Shown here piece by piece: positions 25,956 to 40,647 of a stretch of 64,000 nt of DNA. How positions within the stretch are numbered: position 1 is the first letter of the stretch; every line of letters begins with the position of its first letter. The notes beneath the pieces were generated by a model that worked only from the letters and a program-made list of their open reading frames with translations, searched no databases and was not told the DNA's origin. The position numbers were made by a program, and so were the translations under genes. Source of the DNA: Eledone cirrhosa (lineage: Eukaryota); NCBI GenBank assembly GCA_964016885.1, contig OZ024745.1, positions 36,332,001 to 36,396,000 of the forward strand. Reading direction: 5' to 3'.

Positions 25956-26019
<64 letters not shown>

Positions 26020-26022
<3 letters not shown>

Positions 26023-26347
26023 AATTAAAATGAAGAATTAGAAATTGGACCATCCATCATCAGTGCTCTACTAGCCATTATAGGTATCTCTTTGCATTAA
26101 AGACCAGATACCCCAGGCTACCGCGAACAATAACTAAAATAAGTTATTGGGATAAAAAGTGGGTGGAGAAAGAGAGGCAGGTAATCAAACATAAATGGTG
26201 AGGCAACGTAAAGAGAGGTCCAACAACTTGGTTATTTTTCGCGGTAGCCTGAGGTATCTGGTCTTTAATTCGAATAAATACCTATGATGGCTAGTAGACC
26301 ACTGATGATGGATAGTCCTATTTCTAATTCTTCCTTTTAATTTGTAT
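26020..26347. repeat. TA-flanked fold-back module (~115 bp arms, ~90 bp spacer)
   Basis: 26020-26135 is the approximate reverse complement of 26230-26347; contains CTGATGA-TGGA-tgg-TCCA without a following GAAA. Confidence 0.75.
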
Positions 26348-26386
26348 ATCACACCTGCAACAACACAGCACACCATTTCTCATTCC

Positions 26387-26428
<42 letters not shown>

Positions 26429-26470
26429 AAAAGTAACATAGAAGAACGAAGAGGCAGTACAAATTATATT

Positions 26471-26586
26471 TGAGTTCAAATCCCGGTAAGGTTAACTTTG
26501 CCTTTCATCCTTACGTGGTCGATAAAATAAATTTCCAGTAATACGCTGATAATTGCTGGCCTTTTGCCAAAAGTAGAAACAATTAT
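26471..26586 (+). mobile_element. SINE (5'-truncated)
   Basis: B-box, Meta-like core and tail. Confidence 0.8.
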
Positions 26587-26596
26587 TAGTTTCGCG

Positions 26597-26664
<68 letters not shown>

Positions 26665-26784
26665 ATATATGTATATATATGTATATATATATATAATGGA
26701 AACATTTGAACAGGAACAAAACAGAGAGGCAGTACAACGAATGTTTATTAATTTCACGCTCTGGAGAGTGGGGTGGTGGTGGGG

Positions 26785-26818
26785 AACGACGTTTCGGGCA
26801 TAAGCCCTTCCTCAGGTG
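26785..26818 (-). ncRNA. Minimal PLE-type hammerhead in a minus-strand 3' UTR (26696-27580)
   Basis: Minus strand: ac-CTGAGGA-aGGGC-ttat-GCCC-GAAA-CG-TC-gt; downstream of a C/A-rich UTR like that of PLE2. Confidence 0.75.
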
Positions 26819-27593
26819 ATAAGTGTGTGGGAACAGAGTTCAAAGGGTGTGTAGGGGAGTGGTGGAGAGACATATATCGAAAGGAAACGGTGCGAATGAA
26901 ATTAAAAATAAAAATAAAAATAAAGCATGATCAAAATAAAAGGAATGAAATAAAAATAAATATAAAAGCATGATCAAAATAAACTGAAATTAAAAAGGGG
27001 TAAAACAAGTGGTGGAAGGGTGTGGGGTGTGTAGGGGTGGTGGCGGGTGGAGTGGGGAGAGGGAGACGGGGTATCCGAGCGGGGAGGACTGAAGGTGGTG
27101 TGTGTGTGTAGGTGTACGTGTGTGTGTGTGTGTGTGTATGTGAAAGTAAGGGTTGGGGGAAGAACGGGGTTGCATGTTCAGGAAGAGATGTGTGTGTGGG
27201 GGGGGGGGGTTGTAGGTCGGAGTGTCTGTGCGTGTGTGGATAGAGAGGTGGGGTGAGAGGAATCAGGAGGCTGAGGGTGTAAATATGTGGTGGAAACCAC
27301 CTATGTGTGGGGTTTAAGCGTGTTGTGGGTGTAGGTGACGTGTGGGAGAAATAAAAATGTTTTGCGGTGTGTGTGTGGGTGAGTTATATAGGTGATTCCT
27401 TAAGAGGATAGTTGAAATGTTGGTAAATTCCTATGATTTTAGTAGATTCCGTGGTGGTCAAGTTCCACATACGAGTATTCAATGAAGAGAGGTCGGAAGA
27501 GGAGAGATGTGGGGTGCGCGCGCAACAGGAAGTGGTCAAGCGGTGGGAGTGCTGTGTGTCTGTTTGTGCTGGGAGGTGATGTATACATATACA

Positions 27594-27662
<69 letters not shown>

Positions 27663-27964
27663 TATATATATATATTATATATTAGTACCGTAGAACAACC
27701 ATGATAGACACCATATATATTTCCGTGGGTACTTGGAGCCTACTGGAATATTTATATCATTTATCTGAATTCTCCTTCATGTTGAGAAAAAGATGTTGTA
27801 TCATGCTGCTATTTCTAGTAACATGAAATATCAACAAGCATATTATTCCCGCTTTTTCTAACGGCCCATTTGTGTGGTGGTCATTTTAACGGCTTGATTC
27901 ATTCACCGGGCAGAAAGCAACACATCAACATCTACGTGGATTTATATCTATTAGGTTTGGAAAA

Positions 27965-28044
27965 GCTATCTGAAGAGCTACATCTTTCCATTGGAAATTC
28001 TCTGAATTTCCAATCTTTTGATTAGCGAAACCGTCGGTCATGGC
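27965..28044 (+). ncRNA. Type I hammerhead with extended stem II in a TA-flanked module (27683-28098)
   Basis: GCTAT-CTGAAGA-GCTA..ATTGGAAATT-ctctg-AATTTCCAAT..TAGC-GAAA-CC-gtc-GG-TC-ATGGC; all core nucleotides intact, GUC site. Confidence 0.88.
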
Positions 28045-28194
28045 ACCAGAAGAGGTAAATAGTTAAATCCTATTTTAATTTATTCCAAAGATTGTTTAAT
28101 GTTTATATATATATGTATATATAATATATATATGTATATATATGTATGTATTTATATAGATGTATATATATATATATGTATATATATATATACG

Positions 28195-28272
<78 letters not shown>

Positions 28273-28387
28273 GTATATATATGTATATACACATATATAT
28301 ATATACACACACACATATATATATATATACGTATATATACATATACATATAAATATATATATATATATGTATATAAATAAAATGCAT

Positions 28388-28773
<386 letters not shown>

Positions 28774-28776
28774 TTC

Positions 28777-28824
<48 letters not shown>

Positions 28825-28830
<6 letters not shown>

Positions 28831-29195
28831 ATATATTGTTATATTTGTGTAATATTTCCAGAATTATTGCGTAGAAAATACAATGCAACGGGAGGAAACA
28901 ATAGCACCACTGACGATGTTGCAGATGTGCAACGAAAGAACTTTGATAAACTATATATATGTGTTTGTGTCTATATTGTATCTGTATTTTTGACCGTTGG
29001 TCAGTCAATGGCAACATTGAGGACCGAATAAATTAGATTACCGATATAAAAGACACAGAAGCGAAAAGCGAAAACCAACCAAACAGTGTGTGTATTCTGT
29101 TATTAATTCTGGCAATATTACACAAATATGATCCTCCCCAAGTATAACAAGATTTGTTTCGACACACGATTTCATATCAAAAACCTCGCAAAACT
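28825..29195 (+). mobile_element. Solo PLE3-family 3' end with hammerhead (28905-28948) and an inverted tail piece at its 5' end
   Basis: Matches 38120-38460; CTGACGA-tGTTGCA-gatg-TGCAAC-GAAA-GAAC-TT; 28839-28866 is an inverted copy of ~29104-29130. Confidence 0.8.
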
Positions 29196-29320
29196 AATTC
29201 ATCGCCATACATTATTCTGGGAATTTACGGCCGTCACCGTTCCCCTTCCCCATTGAGATGTGCAACGTGCATCTGGGGGCTTAACCCAGACTTCTTCGCC
29301 CATCTGCACGAATGCACTCT

Positions 29321-29498
29321 CTTGGCAGTATTGGTAGAGGGTAGGACGCCTTGCTTTCCAGCATAGTTACGTCCCTTTACGATCTGAGTTCAAATCCCGC
29401 CGAGGTTGACTTTGCCTTTCATCCTTACGGGGTCGATAAAATAAAGTACCAGTAATGCACTGGTTAATTGCTGGCCTTGTGCCTAACGTAGAAACAAT

Positions 29499-29500
<2 letters not shown>
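29321..29500 (+). mobile_element. tRNA-derived SINE (Meta-like core)
   Basis: Same family as 8517-8704. Confidence 0.85.
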
Positions 29501-29547
<47 letters not shown>

Positions 29548-29572
29548 TGTATATATATATATATATATACAT

Positions 29573-29654
<82 letters not shown>

Positions 29655-29701
29655 AATGAATAATAACAGGGAGACATCATAAAAAGGTAATTTATTCCGT
29701 G

Positions 29702-29813
29702 TGCTTACAAGTGTTTCCACGGTGGTACTGCAGCCTAGTTATGCTACGTACAAATTCACAAGTACTTGCAGAACTGAAATATCCAATGCTGTGACCACTG
29801 TTTCCTCAGAGCA
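29702..29813 (-). ncRNA. Type I hammerhead with a long (~85 nt) stem II domain, 3' of the Naiad-like endonuclease
   Basis: Minus strand: TGCT-CTGAGGA-aACaGTGGT...ACCACcGTg-GAAA-CA-ct-TG-TA-AGCA, then AATAAA. Confidence 0.78.
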
Positions 29814-30306
29814 GAATGGTAAAACGTACAATGTAAATACCCTTAAGTGGGGTTGTTGGGGAAGATAGAGTAGAAAAGGAAGAGAGAAAAGTAGGGAAGA
29901 GGGAGAGAGAAAGAAAGATATGCAGGGGTTGGAGAAGTAGGAGAGAGTGGCTTGTAGATATCTTAATCAAAATGTTATGGTAGGGGTTTTATTATACTGG
30001 TTACTTTTGGAGAGATGCGTTGATAGTTAAGGTCGGAATTATTTATTGCCCCAGAGGGCAGGTTCATAGATGTTGAGAGGGAGGTAGGCCAAAGGTGAGA
30101 GAGAGAGAGTGTAATGGATGTAGAGAGAGATAGGTAGAGAGGGGACAGACAAAGTTCGTGTGGTGAGTGAACTTTGGGTTTGTAGTAGTAATCTAGGAAT
30201 TGCACTGAGTTACCATGTATAGTGATAAGCAGTGTATTGTCTTGTAGTGTGGGGGGAAGAGAAGGTTGTTAGCTAGAAAGCGGTGTTATAGTTACGGGTT
30301 CGAATG

Positions 30307-30803
30307 TTAAGTTATTTTATAGTGAGAGAATTTAGCTTTTAGTTTGTGGTTGCAGTATAATGATCGTTCAATTCTATCGTTAAGTAGTTTGTTTTTGGAT
30401 TTTAATATGTAAAAGAGCTCAAGGTTACATAACCTGCAGTACTTCAATCCACTCCGATATGCACTTGCGCTGGAAAGTATATCCCATTTTAAGGTGAACT
30501 GTTGGTTGTGTTCACGGAGTTGCCAGGTCTTGTTGGCGAGCGTGGTCACAAAACGGTGATTCGGATGTTTGATTGGGAATCGATGACGGTACCTGCGAGA
30601 TTTAAACGATGTGGTGGTAGATACGATATAATACCATTTCTGGTCGTTCGATTCAACCGTGCATTGGTAAACAATGTTGGACTTTAGGCATTCATTCTTC
30701 AATGGACATCTTTCAGGTAGATGGCAGTTACATTCTTTGTTGTGGGTAGCGGGTATACCATGGATAGGTTGTGATAGCGGTACAGGTGGGTTGTGTAATA
30801 CCC
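30307..30803 (-). pseudogene. PLE GIY-YIG endonuclease fragment, Naiad-like
   Basis: CNC..CPLKNEC..NIVYQC..YYIVSTTTSFKSR..H..TTLA..WQL..W.I..Y..CRLC..E..LLNDR.E..CNH; 5' end abuts (TA)n. Confidence 0.85.
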
Positions 30804-31001
<198 letters not shown>

Positions 31002-31044
31002 GAAGAGATAGAGGTGGGAGCTTCGGCTATATTATTACCAGATA

Positions 31045-31233
31045 GAGTGGATTGGCAGTATCGGCACATGGTCAGACGCTATACGTTGCAGCAAAGAGTT
31101 ACGGCTCTCTCTGATCTGAGTTCAAATCTGCTGAGGTTAACTTTGCCTTACATCCTTACGGGGTCGATAAAATAAAGTACCAGTAATGTACTGGGCTAAT
31201 TGATGGCCTTGTGCCAAAAGTAGAAACAATTAT
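31045..31233 (+). mobile_element. tRNA-derived SINE (Meta-like core)
   Basis: Same family as 8517-8704. Confidence 0.85.
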
Positions 31234-31916
31234 TAGCAGATAGAGTGATCACTTGGGGACAGTAATAAATACAGTCGTGGTGCCGCAGGTGACATCCAAT
31301 GTTATGTTGAGAAAAATATTTATTGAAGTATGTTTTAAGTGTAGCTAGTAATATTAATTTTGTTTTGCCTTTTATTAGAATTTAAATTTAATACGGACAT
31401 TCCTTAACAGTGAACATATGTGGCAGTCTATAATCTCAACCGATATGAGATCGATAATGTATCAATTTGATTTAAAGTATTTGATGATTGACATTACACG
31501 ACATTCAGGTAAATAAATCTATCCAGAGAGAATCAGTGTTATTCATCATATCTGTTAGTAAATTTCAGGTGCATATTGAAGAACGTTGACTTTACAGTGG
31601 TTGGGAATTACACTTTTAGGATTTTTTATCAAAGATCTAGGTACAGCTGTGGAATTCATAATGTTTCGAAAGGATATTGGAGTGTTGGGGTGCATTACGC
31701 ACTGTTGTAAACGATCTCCTCAATATAAAAAGGCTAAACTATGTTATTCACATTACAGAGCAGAAACATAACACGGTGTTCCCAGGAATCGGAACTTAAA
31801 AAGCAAAGTGGCTCGATTTTTAATATTAGTACAAGTTTACAAATGTGATGGAATAAGTCTAATCCTGTTATTCGACTCCATACCAATTCAACTGAAAGGA
31901 GGAAGACCAATAATGG

Positions 31917-32037
<121 letters not shown>

Positions 32038-32604
32038 TGGACACTGAAACCTAAGTTGCGAGAGTATGATATTTTAGATATTTCAGTATATACTAAATAA
32101 GCTCTCGTGTGCTACATGGACCATTGTTTTCCTTGGCTTTCTATCTACGGATATCATCTATACACACACGCCCAAACGCACGCCCACACACACCCATATG
32201 TATATACATATATACATACGTCGTATATGTGTGTGTATGTTTGGGTCTGTATCTTTGTGTATTTGCTTTAATGTGCGCACGTAATTCTGTATAAATATGT
32301 GTGATGAGTTGTGCTTCTCATACACCAGATATTTGCACCATAAATCGACTCATTAGCAGTACTTGTTATAATATCACCTATATGAATAGTGATAATTCAC
32401 AATCATTTATTCAAAATTGTTACTCTATTGCCGTGATTATTTTGAACACTGAAAATAGCCAACAGCGTTACCAATAACCTCTCTGTTGGTAATTCAACTG
32501 CCGTTACTTCTGTTACCAGGTTTACGACTTATATTCGTAGAAGGATAAATAACTCACCTCTCATTAAGGCTCTATCTATTGAACCAGTATTTCCAGAAAA
32601 TATT

Positions 32605-32722
32605 GTTGGATTAGTAGAATCGTTAGATCATCAGGCACAATAATTTGTCGCATTTATTCTAGCTCTTTATTTTCTGAGGTCAAATCCCAGCAATGTCAAC
32701 TTACCCTTTCAAACTTTCGTGG
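32605..32722 (+). mobile_element. Old degenerate SINE
   Basis: tctgaggtcaaatcccagcaatgtcaacttaccctttc resembles the B-box and core. Confidence 0.5.
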
Positions 32723-33205
32723 TTAATAATATAAAGAAATCGATTTAATCGACATTCCCCTCTTACTAATATTGCAGACTGTGTACCTCAATAAGTAACC
32801 ATTGGTCGTGCATGTTTTGGCAGAGTCAAGGCATGCTAATATTTGTCGATAGGAGTAATATGTGTGGTATACTAAAACAGTCACTTCATCTTCACCCTGA
32901 TGCTGCTTAACTGGGGCCATACATAACGTTTACTCTTATCGGATTCAATGTGGCATTCTGAACATGATGTACTCTTTACAATGGTGGCCTGTCTAGATTT
33001 GTAGGTCCCTTGATATTTGACTGAATATATCTATAATCAAATGCTCTCCGCATGTGAACAGTGACACTCATGTTTCCGTTAAAAGTACATTTGCGACAAT
33101 ATTATCGTATGTGACCTTTTTTAAAAGATGGCTCAGTGTAACATTTCTAAGTAAACATGAAGGGGTATGTTCGTTGCCTTGAGCTATGCAGGTTTATAAA
33201 TTATA

Positions 33206-33281
33206 GAATCTGGTCCCTTGCGATTTGAACACATATATGTATATATCTGTGTTTATCTCTCTTTTATATTCAATTCTACTA
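33206..33281 (+). repeat. Family B Z-arm solo copy
   Basis: gaatctggtcccttgcgatttgaacac...ttcaattctacta(TA)n. Confidence 0.75.
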
Positions 33282-33500
33282 TATATATATATATAATTCA
33301 CTTTGTTATTTAAATCACAACCCACCGGGTAAGAAGGAAGCAAAATGTAATCCCTCACAAGAATAGGTTTACGGCTATGATGGGAATACATTTGGTCGTA
33401 TGTCGACTCGTTCAAGTCTGGCTTTGAAATAAACAACAGGGCAACCAGCATGTCTGTTACAATTACGAATACTAAAATAAAAACTATTGCTTGACTCATC

Positions 33501-33681
33501 ATTGGCAGTATCGGTAGAGGGTTGGACGCCATGCTTTCTAGCGTAGTTATGTCCCTTTACAGTCTGAGTTCAAATCCCGCCGAGGTGAACTTTGCCTTTC
33601 ATCCTTACGGGGTCGATAAAATAAAGTACCAGTAATGTACTGGGAAATTGCTGGCCTTGTGCCTAAAGTAGAAACAATTAT
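33501..33681 (+). mobile_element. tRNA-derived SINE (Meta-like core)
   Basis: Same family as 8517-8704. Confidence 0.85.
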
Positions 33682-34903
33682 TTTGATACTTAATTTATTT
33701 TATTTTTAGTGGGGTGAATGATGTGTGCACATGACCTTTGCAGGCTCAAAGTGGTGAAATCGATACTCTAATAGCTACTCTTCAACATTTGAAATAACGA
33801 TGTATACAGGGAAATAATCTGAAACGAATGACGTTATAAAAAATACTGTGGATCGTGGTTAATGCAGACCAGAGTTTGACGCCCTGTAGATGATAGAAGT
33901 TGAGAAATATATTACAGTAAAATACACACTATTCCTGACAATAATATAATAGGCAGCTATAATGGAACCCCTACAAGCCAACTAGGAAGCATTTACGACG
34001 TTACTCAATATACATGAAATAGAAATCTGCTTCGGAAGCCAGCCTTTAAAATGCATGAATGATATTCGTTTGGTTCTATTTCATTTTTTATCTCTATAGA
34101 TCAGTTATAGCTGAGAAAATAAAGAAACAACCGCAACTTTACCTTCCTTGTTCAGATGTCTGTTTTATAGAGGCATGAAGATTGTTATGAGGGTGGGGGA
34201 AGAGAAAGAAGAAGACAACCATGGTGAATCCAATGCAGGTTTGGACCATGAGCATTCAGTCGTAAGATCAACTGTAGGACCGCCTCCTGAATAATTGTAT
34301 ATGTGGCTTTCTATTTCTAAGATGGCATCATATCTGACTCAACAGTAATAACTGTTAGTACTATTTCTTCCGCAATACAAAACCAACACCAGTATCATTA
34401 CCACCACTAATATCACCACCAGCATCTTCCACTAACATTACTACTACTTTGATTTAGAACTATAGAACTTAGAAACATGTGGTAGTTACTCCTGGTATTT
34501 TCACATAATGCATATCACATATAAACGTTGTATAGCAACGAGATAAGAAATTGTAAATAACGAAAGATAAAAACAACGCAAAAAATTCAGACACACACAC
34601 GTACCAAGTAGCTAAAATCGTTTCTTTTTTTTTTTTCTACGAAGAACATAAATTATTCTAAACAATATCTATGAAAGAAAACATGGCAAGATAACTACAT
34701 TATTAATTACTTCATTTTGGTTATATTCCTCGTCTGTGTTTGTTCGCTTGTAATATATTTTTGCTTCATTATCTTCCATCGCAAGATGTAAAATTGTCCA
34801 CAGGATGTTATTTCTGGTACACTAGTCTCTCATTCTAGGGTTTCAGATGTTCCTGTTAAGTACATTCTATTATATATATATATATGTATAGATATATATG
34901 TGA

Positions 34904-34985
<82 letters not shown>

Positions 34986-35096
34986 GGAAGCAGAAAATTG
35001 CTTATTGTGATCCAGTTCATTGCACTTACCAATGGAACGGTCGTAAATACCTGCATAAATTACTTCTCTTAATGCTTACCTGTGTGTTCTCTTTTA

Positions 35097-35173
<77 letters not shown>

Positions 35174-35214
35174 AGGAAGTCATAGTTCACTTGAAGCATT
35201 GTGTAATGAGGTAT

Positions 35215-35481
35215 AAACGTTTGAATTTGTAAAGCCAAAACAATGCAGGTATGGACATAGAATAAAAAATGCAAAAGATATGGTTCACAATTAGTCATTT
35301 ACCTTAGATATATCACACTAAAAATAAAATAAATTAAGTATCAAAATAATGATGAGTCAAGCAATAATTAGGACATTTAAATAAATCTAAGGTAAAAAAC
35401 TAATTGTCAACAATATCTTTATCATTTGCATTTTTTATTCTATGTCCATACCTGCATAGTTTTAGCTTGACAAATTGAAAC

Positions 35482-35482
<1 letters not shown>
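35215..35482. mobile_element. Fold-back copy of a PLE2-like tail
   Basis: 35365-35482 resembles 25835-25958; 35215-35310 is its inverted copy. Confidence 0.7.
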
Positions 35483-35574
<92 letters not shown>

Positions 35575-35581
35575 TATATAT

Positions 35582-35626
<45 letters not shown>

Positions 35627-35633
35627 TATATAT

Positions 35634-35694
<61 letters not shown>

Positions 35695-35771
35695 TATATA
35701 TACATATATATATATACATATATATACACATATATATATATACATATATACATATATACCTATATATATAT

Positions 35772-35861
35772 GGTGGCTGCCAACTCGTTTTCGAGTACGG
35801 CCCCTACTTTATATCCATGTAGGAGAACCCCTACCGATGCGCTGAACGAGTGTGACTTTTT
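35772..35861 (-). mobile_element. RTE-type LINE extreme 3' end (90 bp) with (TA)n tail
   Basis: Near-identical inverted copy of 39785-39873. Confidence 0.7.
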
Positions 35862-36035
35862 TGTTGGGCCTCTGGTCTGCTCTGTCTCATAGTGTACCTG
35901 TCTACTACTTGTCTAATCTTATTTCTAGCTATGGTGAACTGTGCCTCCGTCTCGTCATCTATTTGCTGTGGTATGCAAACTCTTTTATTAAAGGATAGAT
36001 ATTACCCATCTTATATGTTTTGTCAGCTGGGTTGA

Positions 36036-37893
36036 AAAACAAGACCCGTATGCGGAGCTAATATAGCTAGCAACTACAGGATCTCCTACTTCCTCTCAAT
36101 GGTTATACGCCCCATAATCAAGATGTCCCCAGATGTATGTGAAAGTACAGAGGACCTCCTCAGCAGAATCAGTGAGTGCAACAAAAACAGGAGCCTATCC
36201 AACTGCATAATAGGCAGCATGGATGTGGTGTCACTGTACAACATCCATTAACATTGATTTTGCTGTGAAAAGATGTGTGGAGATGATCATTAAGAGTGAG
36301 GTGGAGTTCTGCGACGTCGACACAGACGAACTGGGCCTCCTACTTAGACTTACCTACGACACTGACTACCTAGACAGCCATGACCTTAGATGTTTCTGCC
36401 CTAGTAGACCTATAAGAGGTAGACCCCCCACCATAACCTCAATGGCTAAAAAGACTCCCATAGGAAGGTCGATTGGGTGGACCAAAGCTATACGGACCCC
36501 CCAAAACACTGATCAGGTAAGAAAAATGGTCGCACATGCAATAGGGGCTAGTATCAAAACTACACTAAAGGGCCACATATTTAAGTTCAATGAGAAAATC
36601 TACACCCAAAATGAGGGAGCAGCCATCGGCGTCAGCATAGCTGGTGATGTTGCCAACCTTTTCATGGTATGGTGGGAAAGGAGACTTAAAGATCTCCTTA
36701 ATGAAAGCTCCATAGACCTCATCATGTACTCTCGTTATGTAGACGATATCAATATAGTTATAAGAACACCCCCACTAGAGAGCACTAACAAGTTTGATTT
36801 AGAACGTAGCACGATGGAAAGCATCCAGCAGATAGCTAATTCCATACACCAGAGTATAACTGTAACTATATACTTCCCTTCCAAACACCCTAACAATAGA
36901 CTACCTGTATTAGACACAGAACTCTGGATTAACACTATAGACGAGAGAGCCCAAATTCTCCACTCACACTATGCTAAACCCATGGCCTCCAAATACCTGA
37001 TACTCAAAAACTCAGCAATGTCCAGTAGTGCTAAGTTTAATATTCTGATCGCAGATTTGGTACGAGTGATGAAGAATGTGTCCAGCATGTGCGACCCAAC
37101 AGAAATGGAAGGACACATCCAACACTTCATCAACCGCATGCAGTTCTCTGGCTACAACCAAAGAGACAGAGTCAGAGTATACGAAGGAGCCATGGAAAAG
37201 TATAAGACCCTCATAGAACTGGACATGAAAGGAATTTGCCCACTATACAGGAGCAAATCATGGAATAGCTTAGATAGGGCTAGACATAAGATAGGGAAGG
37301 CCACATCATGGTACGACAACCAGAGATATCAGAGTGTCATGTTTGTGGACGCCACCCCTGGAGGGAAATTAGCTAACCAGTGTAGAAAGGCCCTGAGAAA
37401 GACCCACTTAAAAATAAAGGTGGTAGAAAAGCCAGGAACCACCATAAAATCCCTGATCAGCAAAACCTACCCTTTTAAGAAAACCCACTGTACCAATAGG
37501 AAATGTATCATATGTAAGGTGAACCCCCGGATAAACTGTAAAACTAGAAACGTAGTCTATAGCATAAGATGTACAGAGGGTACTTGCAGAAACATGACAA
37601 CAACATACATAGGTGAGACAGCTCGTAGCATAGGTGAAAGGATAGACCAACACTGGGGGGAACTAAAAGGACGAAAAAACGGGTCAGTACTATACGAACA
37701 TGCTAGACAACAACATGACGGTAACATAGACAACATAGAAATTAGAATAATATCTAAACATAGGAATGACCCAGCAGATAGGCAAATCAGAGAGGCCAGT
37801 GAAATAGAAATTAGAAGACCAAAGCTAAACAGATAGAATGAGTGGAACAACAACAACACCCAAACAAACAACACTGACCTAAGAGAAGTATAA
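36036..37893 (+). pseudogene. PLE RT-GIY-YIG (frameshifts near 36100-36240; probable nonsense TAG at 37834)
   Basis: TRPVCGA, GSMDVVSLY, GAAIG..AGDVANLFM, RYVDD, LPVLD, HYAKPMAS, KVVEKPG, CTNRKCIIC, NVVYSIRC, YIGETARS..RIDQH, RQIREA, PKLNR*NEW. Confidence 0.92.
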
Positions 37894-38156
37894 ATAAGTA
37901 AATAAAATTAAATAAAATAAGATAAATAAATACATACACAAGCACATAAACACACACTAGTCACCCAGCAGACACAACACTATACACACTAGTCACACAT
38001 CACACATAACACTATACACACACGCAAACGCATGCGCAAAGAAGACAAAATAAAATAAGATAAACAAACAAGCAAATAAATAAATAAATATATAGACAGA
38101 CTGAACAAAAAAAATGGCGTAGACATACAACACAACAGGAGGAACAATGAATATAA

Positions 38157-38198
38157 CACCACTGACGATGTTGCAGATGTGCAACGAAAGATTTATGT
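38157..38198 (+). ncRNA. Minimal hammerhead in the PLE3 3' UTR
   Basis: cacca-CTGACGA-tGTTGCA-gatg-TGCAAC-GAAA-GATT-TA-tgt; stem I weak. Confidence 0.7.
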
Positions 38199-38460
38199 AA
38201 ATTATGTAAACTATATATATGTGTTTGTGTCTATATTGTATCTGTATTACTTTTGACTGCCGGTCAGTCAATGGCAACATTGAGGACCGAGTAAGTTAGA
38301 TCGCAGATATATATATATAAAAGACAGCGAGAAGCGAAAACCAACCAAACAGTGAGTGTGTTCTGTTATTAATTCTGGCAATATTACGCAAATATGACCC
38401 TCCCCAAATATAACAATATCTGTTTCGACACACGATTTCATATAAAAAACCTCGCAAAAC

Positions 38461-39462
<1,002 letters not shown>

Positions 39463-39873
39463 TGGCCATCCACAATCACCGGGAGAGATGACCCCTTAGC
39501 CTTTGTCAAGGCAGAATTCTAGGATAAGAAAAACTATGATATAAGACCTGCAACCCTGATGGTATCCAATGATGTTGACTTGTTCTTCATCTTAGTTAAT
39601 AGAGTGGGACTGGCTTTGTGCAGTGCCTTTGCTCACTATAAAAGCTTCACGGCACAGACATTGCTTTGTATCTGGAGATCTCTCTGCATTTATCGTCACA
39701 TGGTACCATGGGCCCAGCACTATGTGTCAATAATTGTCACAAGTGTAATGTTTGTATCAGAGTTTTCAAGTCGCTGGCTGGACTAAAAAGTCACACTTGT
39801 TCAGCTCATCGGTAGGGGTTCTCCTACATGGATATAAAGTAGGGCCGTACTCGAAAACGAGTTGGCAGCCACC
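39463..39873 (+). mobile_element. RTE-type LINE 3' end
   Basis: C-terminal C2H2-like CNVCIRVFKSLAGLKSH..AH*, short 3' UTR, (TA)n tail. Confidence 0.65.
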
Positions 39874-39936
39874 ATATATATATATATGTGTGTGTGTGTA
39901 TGTATATATCTATATATATATATAGATACATATATA

Positions 39937-40025
<89 letters not shown>

Positions 40026-40048
40026 GTATGTGTGGGTGTGTATGTGCG

Positions 40049-40083
<35 letters not shown>

Positions 40084-40432
40084 GTATATATATATGTATA
40101 TATATATATATATGTATATATATGTATATGTATATATATACATATGTATGTGTGTGTCTGTGTGTGTATCTATGTATGTGGGTGTGCATGTATTTATATA
40201 GAGCGAGATAAAGAGCGAGTGGGTGAGATAGGTTTTAGATGTGTTTTCATAATCTCATATTTTTATTGTTATGTAAATCATTTCTCTATCTTACCGAGCA
40301 GTATCTACAGTAGATACGGCTCTGGCCAGAAATGCTGTGTAGCTTTCTGAATCAGTTATCAATAATGATGACTGAATTCGAAGAAACACCAGCAAATGAT
40401 TTGTTTCTGCGTAATATATATATATATAATAA

Positions 40433-40647
<215 letters not shown>

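Larger units (their letters stand above)
22875..25960 (+). mobile_element. Penelope-like element 2, near full length
   Basis: Reconstructed ORF 22875-25423 followed by a C/A-rich 3' UTR, an HHR-like motif and (TA)n. Confidence 0.92.
35862..38460 (+). mobile_element. Penelope-like element 3 (Neptune-like) with an inverted 5' segment (35862-36035)
   Basis: The minus-strand piece reads FNKRVCIPQQIDDETEAQFTIARNKIRQVVDRY; plus-strand RT-EN follows, then 3' UTR, HHR and (TA)n. Confidence 0.88.

Noticed and set aside
26290-26325. CTGATGA-TGGA-nnn-TCC as a hammerhead
   Set aside because: No GAAA or stem III follows on either arm of the palindrome.
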